Below are positions 55,649 to 64,000 of a stretch of 64,000 nt of DNA, piece after piece. The position numbers and the translations under genes were made by a program. The first letter of the stretch is position 1. Each line of letters begins with the position of its first letter. The notes beneath the pieces were generated by a model, which was not told where the DNA came from, did not search any database, and was given only the letters and a program-made list of their open reading frames with translations. The DNA is from Bacillales bacterium UBA3207 (GTDB lineage: Bacteria > Bacillota_I > Bacilli_A > RFN20 > CAG-826): the NCBI GenBank assembly GCA_002363735.1, contig DEWP01000001.1, positions 31,359 through 95,358 on the forward strand. The letters run 5' to 3'.

Positions 55649-55693
55649 AAAAAAATCCTTTCACTTACTTAATGCGCATCTGGAAAGGATTTT
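55649..55693 (-). terminator. long-loop hairpin plus U-run between rnhB and dprA; its 3' arm contains the dprA SD
   Basis: The minus strand reads AAATCCTTTCcagatgcgcattaagtaagtGAAAGGATTTttttATG (10-bp stem, 20-nt loop). The U-run abuts the dprA ATG. Confidence 0.5.
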
Positions 55694-55705
55694 TGTTCAA
55701 ATTTT

Positions 55706-56338
55706 TTAAAAATCTTCAAATATATTCATTTCACCTTGGAGAATTTTGGTGACTGGTTTAAATGTTTTTCGATGAATATGTTCGATTGCTCCGTACTTTT
55801 TCAAAGCATCCATATGTTGTTTTGTTCCATAACCTTTATTTTTCTTAAATCCATACTGAGGATAAGTCTTATCAAGTTCATTCATTATATGATCACGCGT
55901 TACTTTTGCAATAATGGAGGCGGCCGCGATTGGTAAAGCCAAAGCATCGCCTTTAACTAAATCAATCACTGGAACATTGAAAGTATGTAATTTCATACAA
56001 TCTGTCAAAATCATGTCAAATGAATGATTTAAATTATTTATTGCGATCGTCATCGCTTTGCGAGCAGCTTCATAAATATTAATCTCATCAATTTCATCTG
56101 CACTAACAATTCCAACACCAATTGCTAAAGCATGTTCTTTAATTTCAACATACAGTTTTTCTCGTTGTTTTTCGCTTAATTGTTTCGAATCATTAATTTC
56201 TTCGTTTTGATAATCTTCAGGTAAAATCACCGCTGCTGCAACAACTGGTCCAGCAAGTGGACCTCTTCCTGCTTCATCAGTGCCAACAATAAAATGAACT
56301 TTATCTGAATAAAATTGATTTTGATAAGTTAAAGCCAT
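55706..56338 (-). CDS. rnhB: ribonuclease HII
   Basis: 210 aa with VGTDEAGRGPLAGPVV and DSKQLSEKQRE. Confidence 0.9.
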   Translation of the reverse strand: MALTYQNQFYSDKVHFIVGTDEAGRGPLAGPVVAAAVILPEDYQNEEINDSKQLSEKQREKLYVEIKEHALAIGVGIVSADEIDEINIYEAARKAMTIAINNLNHSFDMILTDCMKLHTFNVPVIDLVKGDALALPIAAASIIAKVTRDHIMNELDKTYPQYGFKKNKGYGTKQHMDALKKYGAIEHIHRKTFKPVTKILQGEMNIFEDF

Positions 56339-56343
56339 AACCC

Positions 56344-57198
56344 TTAGATTCTTTCAAAGCTAACTTTGCCAATTTGACCGCTCTTCACTTCATTTAAGAA
56401 GACCTTAATGGCTTTGCTTGTATCTTCTACTCCTTGATTCAAATAACCCCTAGAACGGGCTATTTTTGTGAAAGCATCAAAAGAAGTGTCTTTTTCTTCT
56501 AAATAAGGATAACGGGTTACTAGATTAGCAAAATAATATTTGTGCATAAAATCATATGCATAAGATCCAACATCATTTAATGGAAGAATATCCATTTTAA
56601 TTGATCCGCTAATCGCAAGTAACATTGCTTGCTGTTTATCTTCATAAGAATTTTGAAGAATTCCTGGAGTATCTAAGAGTTCGAAACGATTTGAAACTTT
56701 AATGAGTTGTTGTGCTTTAGTGTGACCTGGTTTATCTTGCACTGATGCTGAACGACGTTTTGCTAATTTATTAATTAAGGTTGATTTTCCAACGTTAGGT
56801 ATACCAATAATCATGGCGCGGATTGGTTGAGGCTTCATTCCTTTTGCGATCAATTTTTGTTGTTTATTCTCTCCAAGTTTTTCAACTTTTATAATGATGT
56901 TTTGAATATCAGAATTTTTATTTAAATCCGCAAAAATCACCGCAAAACCTTGTTCTTTAAAATATTCTGACCATCTTTTAGTCATTTCTGGATCAGCTAA
57001 ATCTGACTTAGTTAATACAATTAAGCGGAGTTTGTTTTCAGTTACTTTTGATAATGTTTTATTTTGACTTGCAAGAGGAATTCTTGCATCTAAAAGTTCG
57101 ATGACACAATCAACAAGTTTCACCTTCTTTTCAATTTCGATAAGGGCTTTTTTCATATGCCCAGGGAACCAATGAATTTGTTGACTCATTTGATCCAC
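56344..57198 (-). CDS. rbgA: ribosome biogenesis GTPase A (YlqF/RbgA)
   Basis: 284 aa with WFPGHMKKA, circularly permuted GTPase motifs (TKSDL ... GIPNVGKST ... DTPG). Confidence 0.9.
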   Translation of the reverse strand: MDQMSQQIHWFPGHMKKALIEIEKKVKLVDCVIELLDARIPLASQNKTLSKVTENKLRLIVLTKSDLADPEMTKRWSEYFKEQGFAVIFADLNKNSDIQNIIIKVEKLGENKQQKLIAKGMKPQPIRAMIIGIPNVGKSTLINKLAKRRSASVQDKPGHTKAQQLIKVSNRFELLDTPGILQNSYEDKQQAMLLAISGSIKMDILPLNDVGSYAYDFMHKYYFANLVTRYPYLEEKDTSFDAFTKIARSRGYLNQGVEDTSKAIKVFLNEVKSGQIGKVSFERI

Positions 57199-57914
57199 CT
57201 CGGCCAGCCAATACGAAGGTTTTCATAAACCACGTTTCCTAAACTATCAAGAGTTGCATCAGCACTTCCAACAACCGCTACTACAATACCTTGAATATAG
57301 CTTCTGTCAATCGCACCAAAACTACGACAGTCGTAGGAATGCCCACGATTATCTCCACAAATAACATATTCGTTTTCTTTTAATGTTGTTGGTTCACTAA
57401 ATAATGAGTAATCGCCTTCTTTTAAGAATTCATCCGCAATTGGTTGAGGAGTGTAAACAAATTCTCCATTTGAATCCATCAAATAAAGATTTCCTTTTGT
57501 TTCTTCTTCGTTGGAGAAATAAAAAGTTTCACCTGGTAAAGCAATGACTCGCTTAATTAAATCTTTTGAAGTGTTCGTTGGTTGAGTCGCAATCACAACA
57601 TCAAAACGTTCGAGACGTTTCATTGTTTGTTCATGACCATCCCAGATTACACAGTCAAAATTTTTATCGCCGTTATTAGCGTTTCCACCACTACGACCTT
57701 TCTTTATACCGTAACGATCAACAGTGTCCTTATTAAATGTTGGATACATTGATTGGCCATTAACCCATTTAACACTGAAGTATGTTTTTTGGAAAATTAA
57801 TGTAACTGAAACAATTGTTGAAAGAGCTAAAAAGAGCGCAATTAAAACAAATGAGATTTTATCCCAAAGATTTCTTCGATTAATTTGCTGTTCACTCAAC
57901 AATTTCTCGCTCAT
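57186..57914 (-). CDS. lepB: signal peptidase I
   Basis: Start at ATG 57914 (MSEKLLSEQQ). S26 motifs NGQSMYPTF, KRVIALPGE, and GDNRGHSYDCRSFG. No SD; the start codon sits 6 nt after TATAAT. Confidence 0.85.
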   Translation of the reverse strand: MSEKLLSEQQINRRNLWDKISFVLIALFLALSTIVSVTLIFQKTYFSVKWVNGQSMYPTFNKDTVDRYGIKKGRSGGNANNGDKNFDCVIWDGHEQTMKRLERFDVVIATQPTNTSKDLIKRVIALPGETFYFSNEEETKGNLYLMDSNGEFVYTPQPIADEFLKEGDYSLFSEPTTLKENEYVICGDNRGHSYDCRSFGAIDRSYIQGIVVAVVGSADATLDSLGNVVYENLRIGWPRWIK

Positions 57915-57993
57915 GCACCTATTATACACTAGTTCATATAGTTTGGCACAAAAACCTATGGTTTAAAGAAGAAACTAATATGCACAAGAGCAA

Positions 57994-58020
57994 TAAAAAA
58001 ACTCGTCAATTGACGAGTTT
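57994..58020 (-). terminator. rho-independent terminator after rplS
   Basis: The minus strand reads AAACTCGTCAATTGACGAGTTTttttttt (a perfect palindromic stem). Confidence 0.75.
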
Positions 58021-58038
58021 TATAAGCTTCGTAATAAA

Positions 58039-58386
58039 TTAGATAACTTCTTTAATACGAGCGGCTTTGCCAGAGCGATTACGTAAGTAGGTAATTCTAC
58101 TACGACGAACTTTACCATGCTTCACAACTTCAATTTTTGCAATTGCAGGTGAATGAATTGGGAATGTTCTTTCAACGCCAACACCAGAAGAAATTTTTCT
58201 TACAGTGAAGGTCTCACTGACACCGGAGCCGCGGCGTTGCATAACGACGCCTTGGAAGACTTGGATACGTTCTTTGTTGTTTTCAATGATACGGACGCTA
58301 ACTTTGACAGTGTCACCACCTTTGAATTCTGGGACATCTTTGCGAAGTTGACGAGCGGTAATTTCATTAACAATATTTGTGTTCAT
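58039..58386 (-). CDS. rplS: 50S ribosomal protein L19
   Basis: 115 aa. [35 protein letters not shown]...FTVRK. GAGGAGG RBS. Confidence 0.9.
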   Translation of the reverse strand: MNTNIVNEITARQLRKDVPEFKGGDTVKVSVRIIENNKERIQVFQGVVMQRRGSGVSETFTVRKISSGVGVERTFPIHSPAIAKIEVVKHGKVRRSRITYLRNRSGKAARIKEVI

Positions 58387-58475
58387 GTCTTTTTACCTCC
58401 TCTAACTAATATTTCTTAGGGCGTTCATATCATGACTTGAAAGCGGAACGTCTGCATCGAGTCTACAAACTCGCA
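58387..58475 (-). ncRNA. structured 5' leader of rplS, candidate L19 autoregulatory leader
   Basis: About 90 nt lie between the predicted promoter and the ATG, with hairpin CGAGTttgtagACTCG and a possible CGTTC/GAACG pairing. A leader upstream of rplS is known in Bacillota (the L19 leader). I cannot verify the match without a covariance model. Confidence 0.3.
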
Positions 58476-58481
58476 AGAAAG

Positions 58482-58510
58482 ATACTAACAAATATATATT
58501 TGGTTAGCAA
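58482..58510 (-). promoter_or_regulatory. sigma-70-type promoter for rplS
   Basis: The minus strand reads TTGCTA, 17 nt spacer, TAGTAT. Confidence 0.5.
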
Positions 58511-58551
58511 GCAAAAGATGAGAAATATTTTTAGGTGTAAAGCAAAAATGC

Positions 58552-58579
58552 TTGACACTATTCTTATTATTTATATAAT
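58552..58579 (+). promoter_or_regulatory. sigma-70-type promoter for rpsP operon
   Basis: TTGACA (58552-58557), 16 nt spacer, TATAAT (58574-58579). AAAGGAGAAA RBS precedes ATG 58606. Confidence 0.55.
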
Positions 58580-58605
58580 AGTAGCGACGAAAAGGAGAAA
58601 AACTT

Positions 58606-58881
58606 ATGTCAGTCAAAATTAGATTAACCCGTATTGGACGTCACAAAGATCCAATCTACCGTGTCGTTGTTGCCGATTCACGTTTCGCTCGTGATGGACG
58701 TTATGTTGAACAAATCGGTTACTTCGATCCAGCAAAAGGACCAGAAAATGCCGATATTAATGAAGAATTAGCATTAAAATGGTTAGGAAAAGGTGCTCAA
58801 CCATCAGATTCTATCCGTACTCTCTTCACCAAAAAAGGCATTATGCAAAAATACACTGACTCTAAAAAAGGAGCCAAATAA
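58606..58881 (+). CDS. rpsP: 30S ribosomal protein S16
   Basis: 91 aa. MSVKIRLTRIGRHKDPIYRVVVADSRFARDGRYVEQIGYFDP. Confidence 0.9.
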   Translation: MSVKIRLTRIGRHKDPIYRVVVADSRFARDGRYVEQIGYFDPAKGPENADINEELALKWLGKGAQPSDSIRTLFTKKGIMQKYTDSKKGAK

Positions 58882-59138
58882 TGGATTACGAAAAGATCAT
58901 CCATGCGATTGTCGATCCTTTCTTAATCAATCCGGAAGCTCTCATGGTTCGTGAACTTCCAAGTGATAACGAAAAGACCAAAACTCTTTTAGTTGTTGCT
59001 GAAAACGAAGATACAGCTCGCTTAATCGGAAAGAAAGGCGCAGTTGCTAATGCTTTAAGAGAAGTCGTTGCTATTGCTGCAAAAGCAGAAAACAAACACG
59101 TCTACTTAAAGTTTGAATCATTCGACGAAGAAAAATAA
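58881..59138 (+). CDS. KH-domain RNA-binding protein (YlqC/KhpA family)
   Basis: 85 aa with LIGKKGAVANALREV (GxxG KH motif). It occupies the conserved position between rpsP and rimM. Confidence 0.85.
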   Translation: MDYEKIIHAIVDPFLINPEALMVRELPSDNEKTKTLLVVAENEDTARLIGKKGAVANALREVVAIAAKAENKHVYLKFESFDEEK

Positions 59139-59140
59139 GA

Positions 59141-59650
59141 ATGGAATATCTCTTAGTAGGAACGATTGTTAAAACAGTCGGTCTTAAAGGCGAAGTTAAA
59201 ATTTATCCATCTACTCATTTTCGTGATTCCCGTTTTAAAGTCGGGAATCACCTTTTTTTACTCGATGAAAAGGGAGAAAAGTCAAAGACTTTAACCATTA
59301 AGAAGCACAATAAAATTGGTGAAATGGATCAAGTTATATTTGAAGAAATTTCATCAATTGAAGAAGCGCAAATATTTATTAAAAAAGATTTGTTTGTCGA
59401 AAAGGATCGTTCGTTTTTAAAGAAAGATTCTTACTTCTTCGACGATTTAATAAATTGTGATGTTTATTTTGATAATGAACAATACATCGGAAAAGTCTCT
59501 AAGGTAGAAGAATATTCTAGCTATGCCACACTAAGAGTAAAAACTGAACAAGATAAATTTGTTTTAGTTCCGTTTGTGAACGCTTTTATCAAAAACGTAG
59601 ATATTGAAAGCAAAAAAATCATCGTGAAATTCATTGAGGGATTATTATGA
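59141..59650 (+). CDS. rimM: 16S rRNA processing protein RimM
   Basis: 169 aa. LLVGTIVKTVGLKGEVKIYPSTHF, with a PRC-barrel-like C-terminus. Conserved operon position. Confidence 0.85.
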   Translation: MEYLLVGTIVKTVGLKGEVKIYPSTHFRDSRFKVGNHLFLLDEKGEKSKTLTIKKHNKIGEMDQVIFEEISSIEEAQIFIKKDLFVEKDRSFLKKDSYFFDDLINCDVYFDNEQYIGKVSKVEEYSSYATLRVKTEQDKFVLVPFVNAFIKNVDIESKKIIVKFIEGLL

Positions 59651-60423
59651 AAATTAATATCTTAACTTTGTTCCCAGAAATGTTTGATGGTTTTTTAACA
59701 AACTCAATTATCAAACGTGCGATTGCGAAAAAAGTTGTCGAAATTAAAATCATTAATATTCGTGATTTTACTAATGATAAATATCGTCGAGTCGACACTC
59801 CACCAATTGGCGGAGGAGCCGGTTTAATCATGAAATGTCAACCAATTGTCGATGCCTTAAAAAGTATTGATAATCCAAACAATTATATGATATTAATGAG
59901 TCCAAAAGGCAAACAATTTAACCAGCAATTCTCGGTTAAATTTGCTAAACTTGATGAAATAACGATTGTTTGCGGACATTATGAAGGAGTCGATGCAAGA
60001 GTCTCAAATTATGTTGATGACGAGTTCTCTATTGGGGATTACGTTTTAACAGGTGGAGAGATTGGCGCAATGGCGATTTCAGACTCTGTGATTAGACTTC
60101 TTGATGGTGCAATTACAAGTACATCATTAGACGAAGAAACATTCACCGATAATTTACTTGAATATCCTCAATATACTGAACCAAAAGATTTTGATGGTCA
60201 TCTTGTTCCGGATATTCTTTATACCGGCAATCATGAAGCGATTGAAAAATATCGTCGAAAAGAAAGTTTAAAATTAACAAAAAAATATCGTCCTGATTTA
60301 TTTGAAAAGCATACGTTTTCTAAATTAGATCAGAAACTTCTTAAAGAAATTGAAGAAGGTGACGATGAACCAAAGTGGTTAAAAACCGCCTTAGAAAAAG
60401 GCGAAAAGTTTAATCGAAAATAA
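59647..60423 (+). CDS. trmD: tRNA (guanine37-N1)-methyltransferase
   Basis: 258 aa. MKINILTLFPEMF, YRRVDTPPIGGGAGLIM, CGHYEGVDARV, and YVLTGGE. Confidence 0.9.
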   Translation: MKINILTLFPEMFDGFLTNSIIKRAIAKKVVEIKIINIRDFTNDKYRRVDTPPIGGGAGLIMKCQPIVDALKSIDNPNNYMILMSPKGKQFNQQFSVKFAKLDEITIVCGHYEGVDARVSNYVDDEFSIGDYVLTGGEIGAMAISDSVIRLLDGAITSTSLDEETFTDNLLEYPQYTEPKDFDGHLVPDILYTGNHEAIEKYRRKESLKLTKKYRPDLFEKHTFSKLDQKLLKEIEEGDDEPKWLKTALEKGEKFNRK

Positions 60424-60448
60424 AAAAAGGAGCTTATTATAAAGCTCC
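60422..60448 (-). terminator. rho-independent terminator of ffh in the 13-nt gap between convergent trmD and ffh
   Basis: The minus strand reads GGAGCTTtataatAAGCTCCttttttt. The 5' arm lies within the last ffh codons. Confidence 0.65.
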
Positions 60449-61795
60449 AAATCCACCACCAGGTAAATTCATTCCGGGAGGCATTCTCCCGGTTTTTTTA
60501 TACTGTTGCATCTTTTTCATCATTTCTTGCATTTGCTCGAACTTCTTTAAAAGACGGTTAATATCAGCATTTGTTTTTCCACATCCATTTGCAATGCGAA
60601 CTTTACGAGAATTCTTTAAGACTTCTGGATGTCTTCTCTCATATGGAGTCATTGAATTAATGATGGCTTCCATATTTCTCATTTCGCGCTCACCAGCTTC
60701 TTTTTGCTCTTCGCTAATCTTTGGCATTCCTGGGATTAAACGAAGCAATCCGCCAAGTGAACCCATTCTTTGAATGCGTTTCATTTGGACAATCATATCT
60801 TCAAGCGTGAATTTGCCCTCAAGCATCTTATTTGCTTCTTTGGCAGCTTCTTTTTCATCAATCTCTTCTTTAACTTTTTCAACAAGAGTGACAACATCAC
60901 CCATGCCTAAGATACGATCAGCCATTCTATCTGGATGGAATTGATCTAAATCTGTTAATTTTTCGCCAGTACCAGCAAATTTAATTGGAACACCAGTCAG
61001 ATGCTTAATTGATAAAGCGGAACCACCACGAGCATCGCCATCAAGCTTAGACATGATGATACCAGTTAAGTTAAGCGCACTATGGAAAGCTGTTGCAACG
61101 TTAATCGCATCTTGACCAGACATTGCATCAACTAAAAGTAGTGTTTCGGTTGGTTGAACTGCATCTGTGATGTCATTAAGTTCTTTCATTAATGTTTCAT
61201 CAATTTGTAGACGTCCAGCAGTATCAATAATTAAAACATCAAAATGTTCGTTATAAGCTTTTTCCTTGGCTTTTGCAGCGATTTCTACAGGAGAAACATC
61301 TGTTCCCATTGTAAAAACAGGTACTTGAATCTGATTGCCGATTTGGGTCAACTGGTCAATGGCGGCTGGACGATAAACGTCACCTGCTGCAAGAAGAACT
61401 TTTTTGTTAAGTTTCTTCTTCATTAGAAGTGCTAATTTACCAGCAGATGTAGTTTTACCAGTACCTTGTAAACCAACAAGTAAGATAATCGTTGGCTTAT
61501 TCTTTTCAAAACGTAATTCGCTATCTCCAGAACCTAAAAGATCAGTTAATTCATCATGAACAGTTTTTACAACCATCTGAGATGGATTAACTTTTAAATA
61601 AACTTGTTCACCGATTGCTTTTTGTTTAACTGATTCAGTAAATTGTTTAACAACTTTAAAATTAACATCGGCTTCAAGAAGAGCAATACGCACTTCTTTT
61701 AGCATGTCTTCCATATTCGCTTCAGTTAAGCGAGATTGGCCACGGATCTTTTTTAAAATTCCTTGGAAACGTTCACTTAAAGACTCAAATGCCAT
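60437..61795 (-). CDS. ffh: signal recognition particle protein Ffh
   Basis: 452 aa with GLQGTGKTTSAGKLA, DTAGRL, and a Met-rich M domain. Confidence 0.95.
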   Translation of the reverse strand: MAFESLSERFQGILKKIRGQSRLTEANMEDMLKEVRIALLEADVNFKVVKQFTESVKQKAIGEQVYLKVNPSQMVVKTVHDELTDLLGSGDSELRFEKNKPTIILLVGLQGTGKTTSAGKLALLMKKKLNKKVLLAAGDVYRPAAIDQLTQIGNQIQVPVFTMGTDVSPVEIAAKAKEKAYNEHFDVLIIDTAGRLQIDETLMKELNDITDAVQPTETLLLVDAMSGQDAINVATAFHSALNLTGIIMSKLDGDARGGSALSIKHLTGVPIKFAGTGEKLTDLDQFHPDRMADRILGMGDVVTLVEKVKEEIDEKEAAKEANKMLEGKFTLEDMIVQMKRIQRMGSLGGLLRLIPGMPKISEEQKEAGEREMRNMEAIINSMTPYERRHPEVLKNSRKVRIANGCGKTNADINRLLKKFEQMQEMMKKMQQYKKTGRMPPGMNLPGGGFGAL

Positions 61796-62078
61796 TACGT
61801 AATTTCTCCTCTATTTTTTGGGCAACTTCATTATCTTTGTATTCATCAAAAACCTTGCAAATCCCAACTTTTTCTTCAAAATTGTTAAGATTTTCAAGTC
61901 CTTTTTTTATCGCATCAGAAACAGCTGTTCTACTGGTAGAACGAATTTCAGAAATCTCTGATAATGAAAGATTTGCTCCATAATAATCACACAAAATTTC
62001 ATATTGAACTTTGCTTAAAAGTCGACCATAGATGTCGAGTAAACGATTAATGCGAACAGTCTCGTCGATGTTACTCAT
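61785..62078 (-). CDS. ylxM: YlxM (UPF0122) putative HTH protein of the SRP operon
   Basis: 97 aa. LLDIYGRLLSKVQYEILCDYYGANLSLSEISEIRSTSRTAVSDAIKK. Overlaps ffh and ftsY, as in other Bacillota. Confidence 0.85.
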   Translation of the reverse strand: MSNIDETVRINRLLDIYGRLLSKVQYEILCDYYGANLSLSEISEIRSTSRTAVSDAIKKGLENLNNFEEKVGICKVFDEYKDNEVAQKIEEKLRNGI

Positions 62079-63054
62079 TAATCTTTCCCCCTAAGCAAAG
62101 GCCATATAAATATTTATCGAGATCAAATTCTTCTAAGTCAGTCATCTTTTCGCCTAAACCAATAAAGCGAACAGGAACTCCAAGTTCATCGCGGATAGCT
62201 AAAATAATACCGCCTTTAGAAGTTCCATCCATCTTGGTAATCACAATACCAGTTAACTTAATGCAATCTAAAAATTGTTTAGCTTGGATAACGCCGTTTT
62301 GACCAGTAGTGGCATCAATAATTAAGAATGCTTCGTGTGGAGCGTTTGGAATTTCTTTTGAAATTACACGCGAAATCTTCGCTAATTCATTCATTAAATT
62401 GATTTTGTTCTGTAATCTACCTGCTGTATCAACAATTAATAAATCAGTTCCATCTCGCTTTGCTTTATAAGCAGCATCATAAGCAACACTAGCTGGATCC
62501 GAATTTGGTTTTCCAACGACAATATCGCATCCTAAACGTTCTGCCCAAATTGTTAATTGTTCAGTCGCTCCAGCACGGAATGTATCGGCTGCACAAAGTT
62601 TAACTTTCTTGCCTTGATTAATGTATCGATAAGCAAGTTTAGCAATTGAAGTTGTTTTACCAACACCATTAACACCAGCTACTAAAAGAACTGTTGGTCC
62701 ATCCTTAACAAATTGAACTTCGTTAACTATATCGCCTTTTTCTGCATAACCGACAAACATTTTATCAACAACTAGTTCGTTAATTTGCTTTGGTTCTTTG
62801 ATATTTTGCTTTTTGCTTTCATCAATCACTTCTTCGATTAAACGAAGTGTTAAAGAAACGCCAACATCAGCTTCAATAAGAATTTCTTCAAGTTGTTCAA
62901 AATATTCTTGATTAACTTCTTTATATCGTTTGGAAAGTTCTTCTAATTTATTAGCAAAATGCTCACGTGATTTAGCCATGCCATCCACATAGAGCTTTGT
63001 TTGATCATCTTGTTTTTTAGAAAACTTCTCTCTGAGAAATTTAAATAATCCCAT
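62071..63054 (-). CDS. ftsY: SRP receptor FtsY (short form, NG domain only)
   Basis: 327 aa with [26 protein letters not shown], and [10 protein letters not shown]. Confidence 0.9.
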   Translation of the reverse strand: MGLFKFLREKFSKKQDDQTKLYVDGMAKSREHFANKLEELSKRYKEVNQEYFEQLEEILIEADVGVSLTLRLIEEVIDESKKQNIKEPKQINELVVDKMFVGYAEKGDIVNEVQFVKDGPTVLLVAGVNGVGKTTSIAKLAYRYINQGKKVKLCAADTFRAGATEQLTIWAERLGCDIVVGKPNSDPASVAYDAAYKAKRDGTDLLIVDTAGRLQNKINLMNELAKISRVISKEIPNAPHEAFLIIDATTGQNGVIQAKQFLDCIKLTGIVITKMDGTSKGGIILAIRDELGVPVRFIGLGEKMTDLEEFDLDKYLYGLCLGGKINE

Positions 63055-63057
63055 AAA

Positions 63058-63738
63058 TTATCGAACCCTTTTTTCTAATGCTTGCTTAGCAGCGTTTTGT
63101 TCGGCTTGTTTTTTGGTTGAGCCTGTTCCAATGCCGAGTTCAATACCATCAAATAAAACACGGACAGTAAATGAACGATTATGCGCCGGACCAGATTCAT
63201 CAACGACTTCATAAACAACAGATTCACGATGCTCTGCTTGTGTTTCTTCTTGAAGTTTTGATTTATAATCAGTTACTTCGCTCATCTTAAAGTTATCAAT
63301 TTCCGGAGCAAAGATTCCTAATAATACGTTTTTAGTAAATTCAAACCCTTGATCAAGATACATCGCCCCAAAGAAAGCTTCAAAAACATCTTCAAGTAGA
63401 TGCTTTGATTGACTAATCTTTGCTACAAAAGAATTGCCAACTCGAATGTATTTATCAAGTTCGTATTTAAGAGCTAATTGTGATAAAAAGCCTGTTCCAA
63501 CAAGTGTGCTTTTTAGTTTGGTTAAATTACCTTGTCCCATTTCTGGATGAACTTTATAAGCATGTTCAGTAACAACCATATTAATGACAGAATCACCCAA
63601 GAATTCAATGCGTTCATAATCACAATGTTTTGTGTTTGCATCCGCGTTAAAAGAAGAATGAGTAAAAGCCTCTTCATATAAATCTAATGAATGAGGTTTT
63701 ACGTTAAATTTAACCAGCAATTCTTGGATGTTTCGCAT
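63058..63738 (-). CDS. rnc: ribonuclease III
   Basis: 226 aa with signature ERIEFLGDSV and a C-terminal dsRBD (GPAHNRSFTV...GTGSTKKQAEQNAA). Confidence 0.9.
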   Translation of the reverse strand: MRNIQELLVKFNVKPHSLDLYEEAFTHSSFNADANTKHCDYERIEFLGDSVINMVVTEHAYKVHPEMGQGNLTKLKSTLVGTGFLSQLALKYELDKYIRVGNSFVAKISQSKHLLEDVFEAFFGAMYLDQGFEFTKNVLLGIFAPEIDNFKMSEVTDYKSKLQEETQAEHRESVVYEVVDESGPAHNRSFTVRVLFDGIELGIGTGSTKKQAEQNAAKQALEKRVR

Positions 63739-64000
63739 TTATTTAAGGCTTTCTTTAACTTTTCCTACAAGATCATTTTTCGCTAAATTGTAAGCGAGAT
63801 TAACGGCATTATAAAATGTTCTAGCATCCGCATTACCATGTGATTTAACGGCAATCTTATTAACACCGATTAACATAGCGCCACCATAACGTTTATAATC
63901 CATTTTTGATTTAAAATCTTTCATGCCACCTTTAGCAAAAAGGTAGCCAATTTTTGTAAAAATATTTTTTGTGAATGCATCTTTTAGCATATCACCACAC
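63739..64000 (-). CDS. plsX: phosphate acyltransferase PlsX, C-terminal part only (continues past the window end)
   Basis: The frame is open to the window edge. ..YGGAMLIGVNKIAVKSHGNADARTFYNAVNLA.. is the PlsX C-terminal pattern. Confidence 0.85.
   Translation of the reverse strand, partial: CGDMLKDAFTKNIFTKIGYLFAKGGMKDFKSKMDYKRYGGAMLIGVNKIAVKSHGNADARTFYNAVNLAYNLAKNDLVGKVKESLK

Noticed and set aside
58437-58622. 61-aa plus-strand ORF in the rplS/rpsP divergent region.
   Set aside because: It spans the predicted rpsP promoter and RBS and ends inside rpsP. It has no RBS of its own, and the region is better explained as two promoters plus the rplS leader.

Overview
This is an AT-rich bacterial chromosome segment read with the standard genetic code (long ORFs close only at TAA/TAG/TGA). 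About 55 of roughly 62 genes are on the minus strand. The right 26 kb (38.3-64 kb) is a housekeeping backbone. Read on the minus strand, its gene order matches what I recall for Bacillus subtilis: plsX-rnc-ftsY-ylxM-ffh / rplS-lepB-rbgA-rnhB-dprA-topA-trmFO-xerC-rpsB-tsf-pyrH-frr-uppS-cdsA-dxr-rseP-polC. The one exception is the rpsP-KH-rimM-trmD block, which is inverted in place. The left 38 kb is accessory-like. It holds a window-truncated operon around a VirB11/CpaF-type secretion ATPase. It also holds two giant surface proteins with C-terminal TM anchors and no LPXTG, a Big_2-clostripain lipoprotein, and a serine-palmitoyltransferase-like plus SDR pair. An XRE-HTH::Vat acetyltransferase fusion sits next to a KilA-N gene. 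There is a frameshifted flavoprotein gene and a RhuM gene remnant. Ten tRNA genes are scattered through this region, all with C34 or G34 anticodons, several abutting the preceding protein-coding gene. No rRNA, CRISPR array, transposase or integrase was seen. The membrane-anchored surface proteins and the missing fab/acpP/smc genes at the plsX-rnc-ftsY locus suggest a Mollicutes/Erysipelotrichia-like low-GC lineage (Acholeplasma-like). That placement is inference only. All homology calls come from motif reading and remembered family sequences, not from searches.
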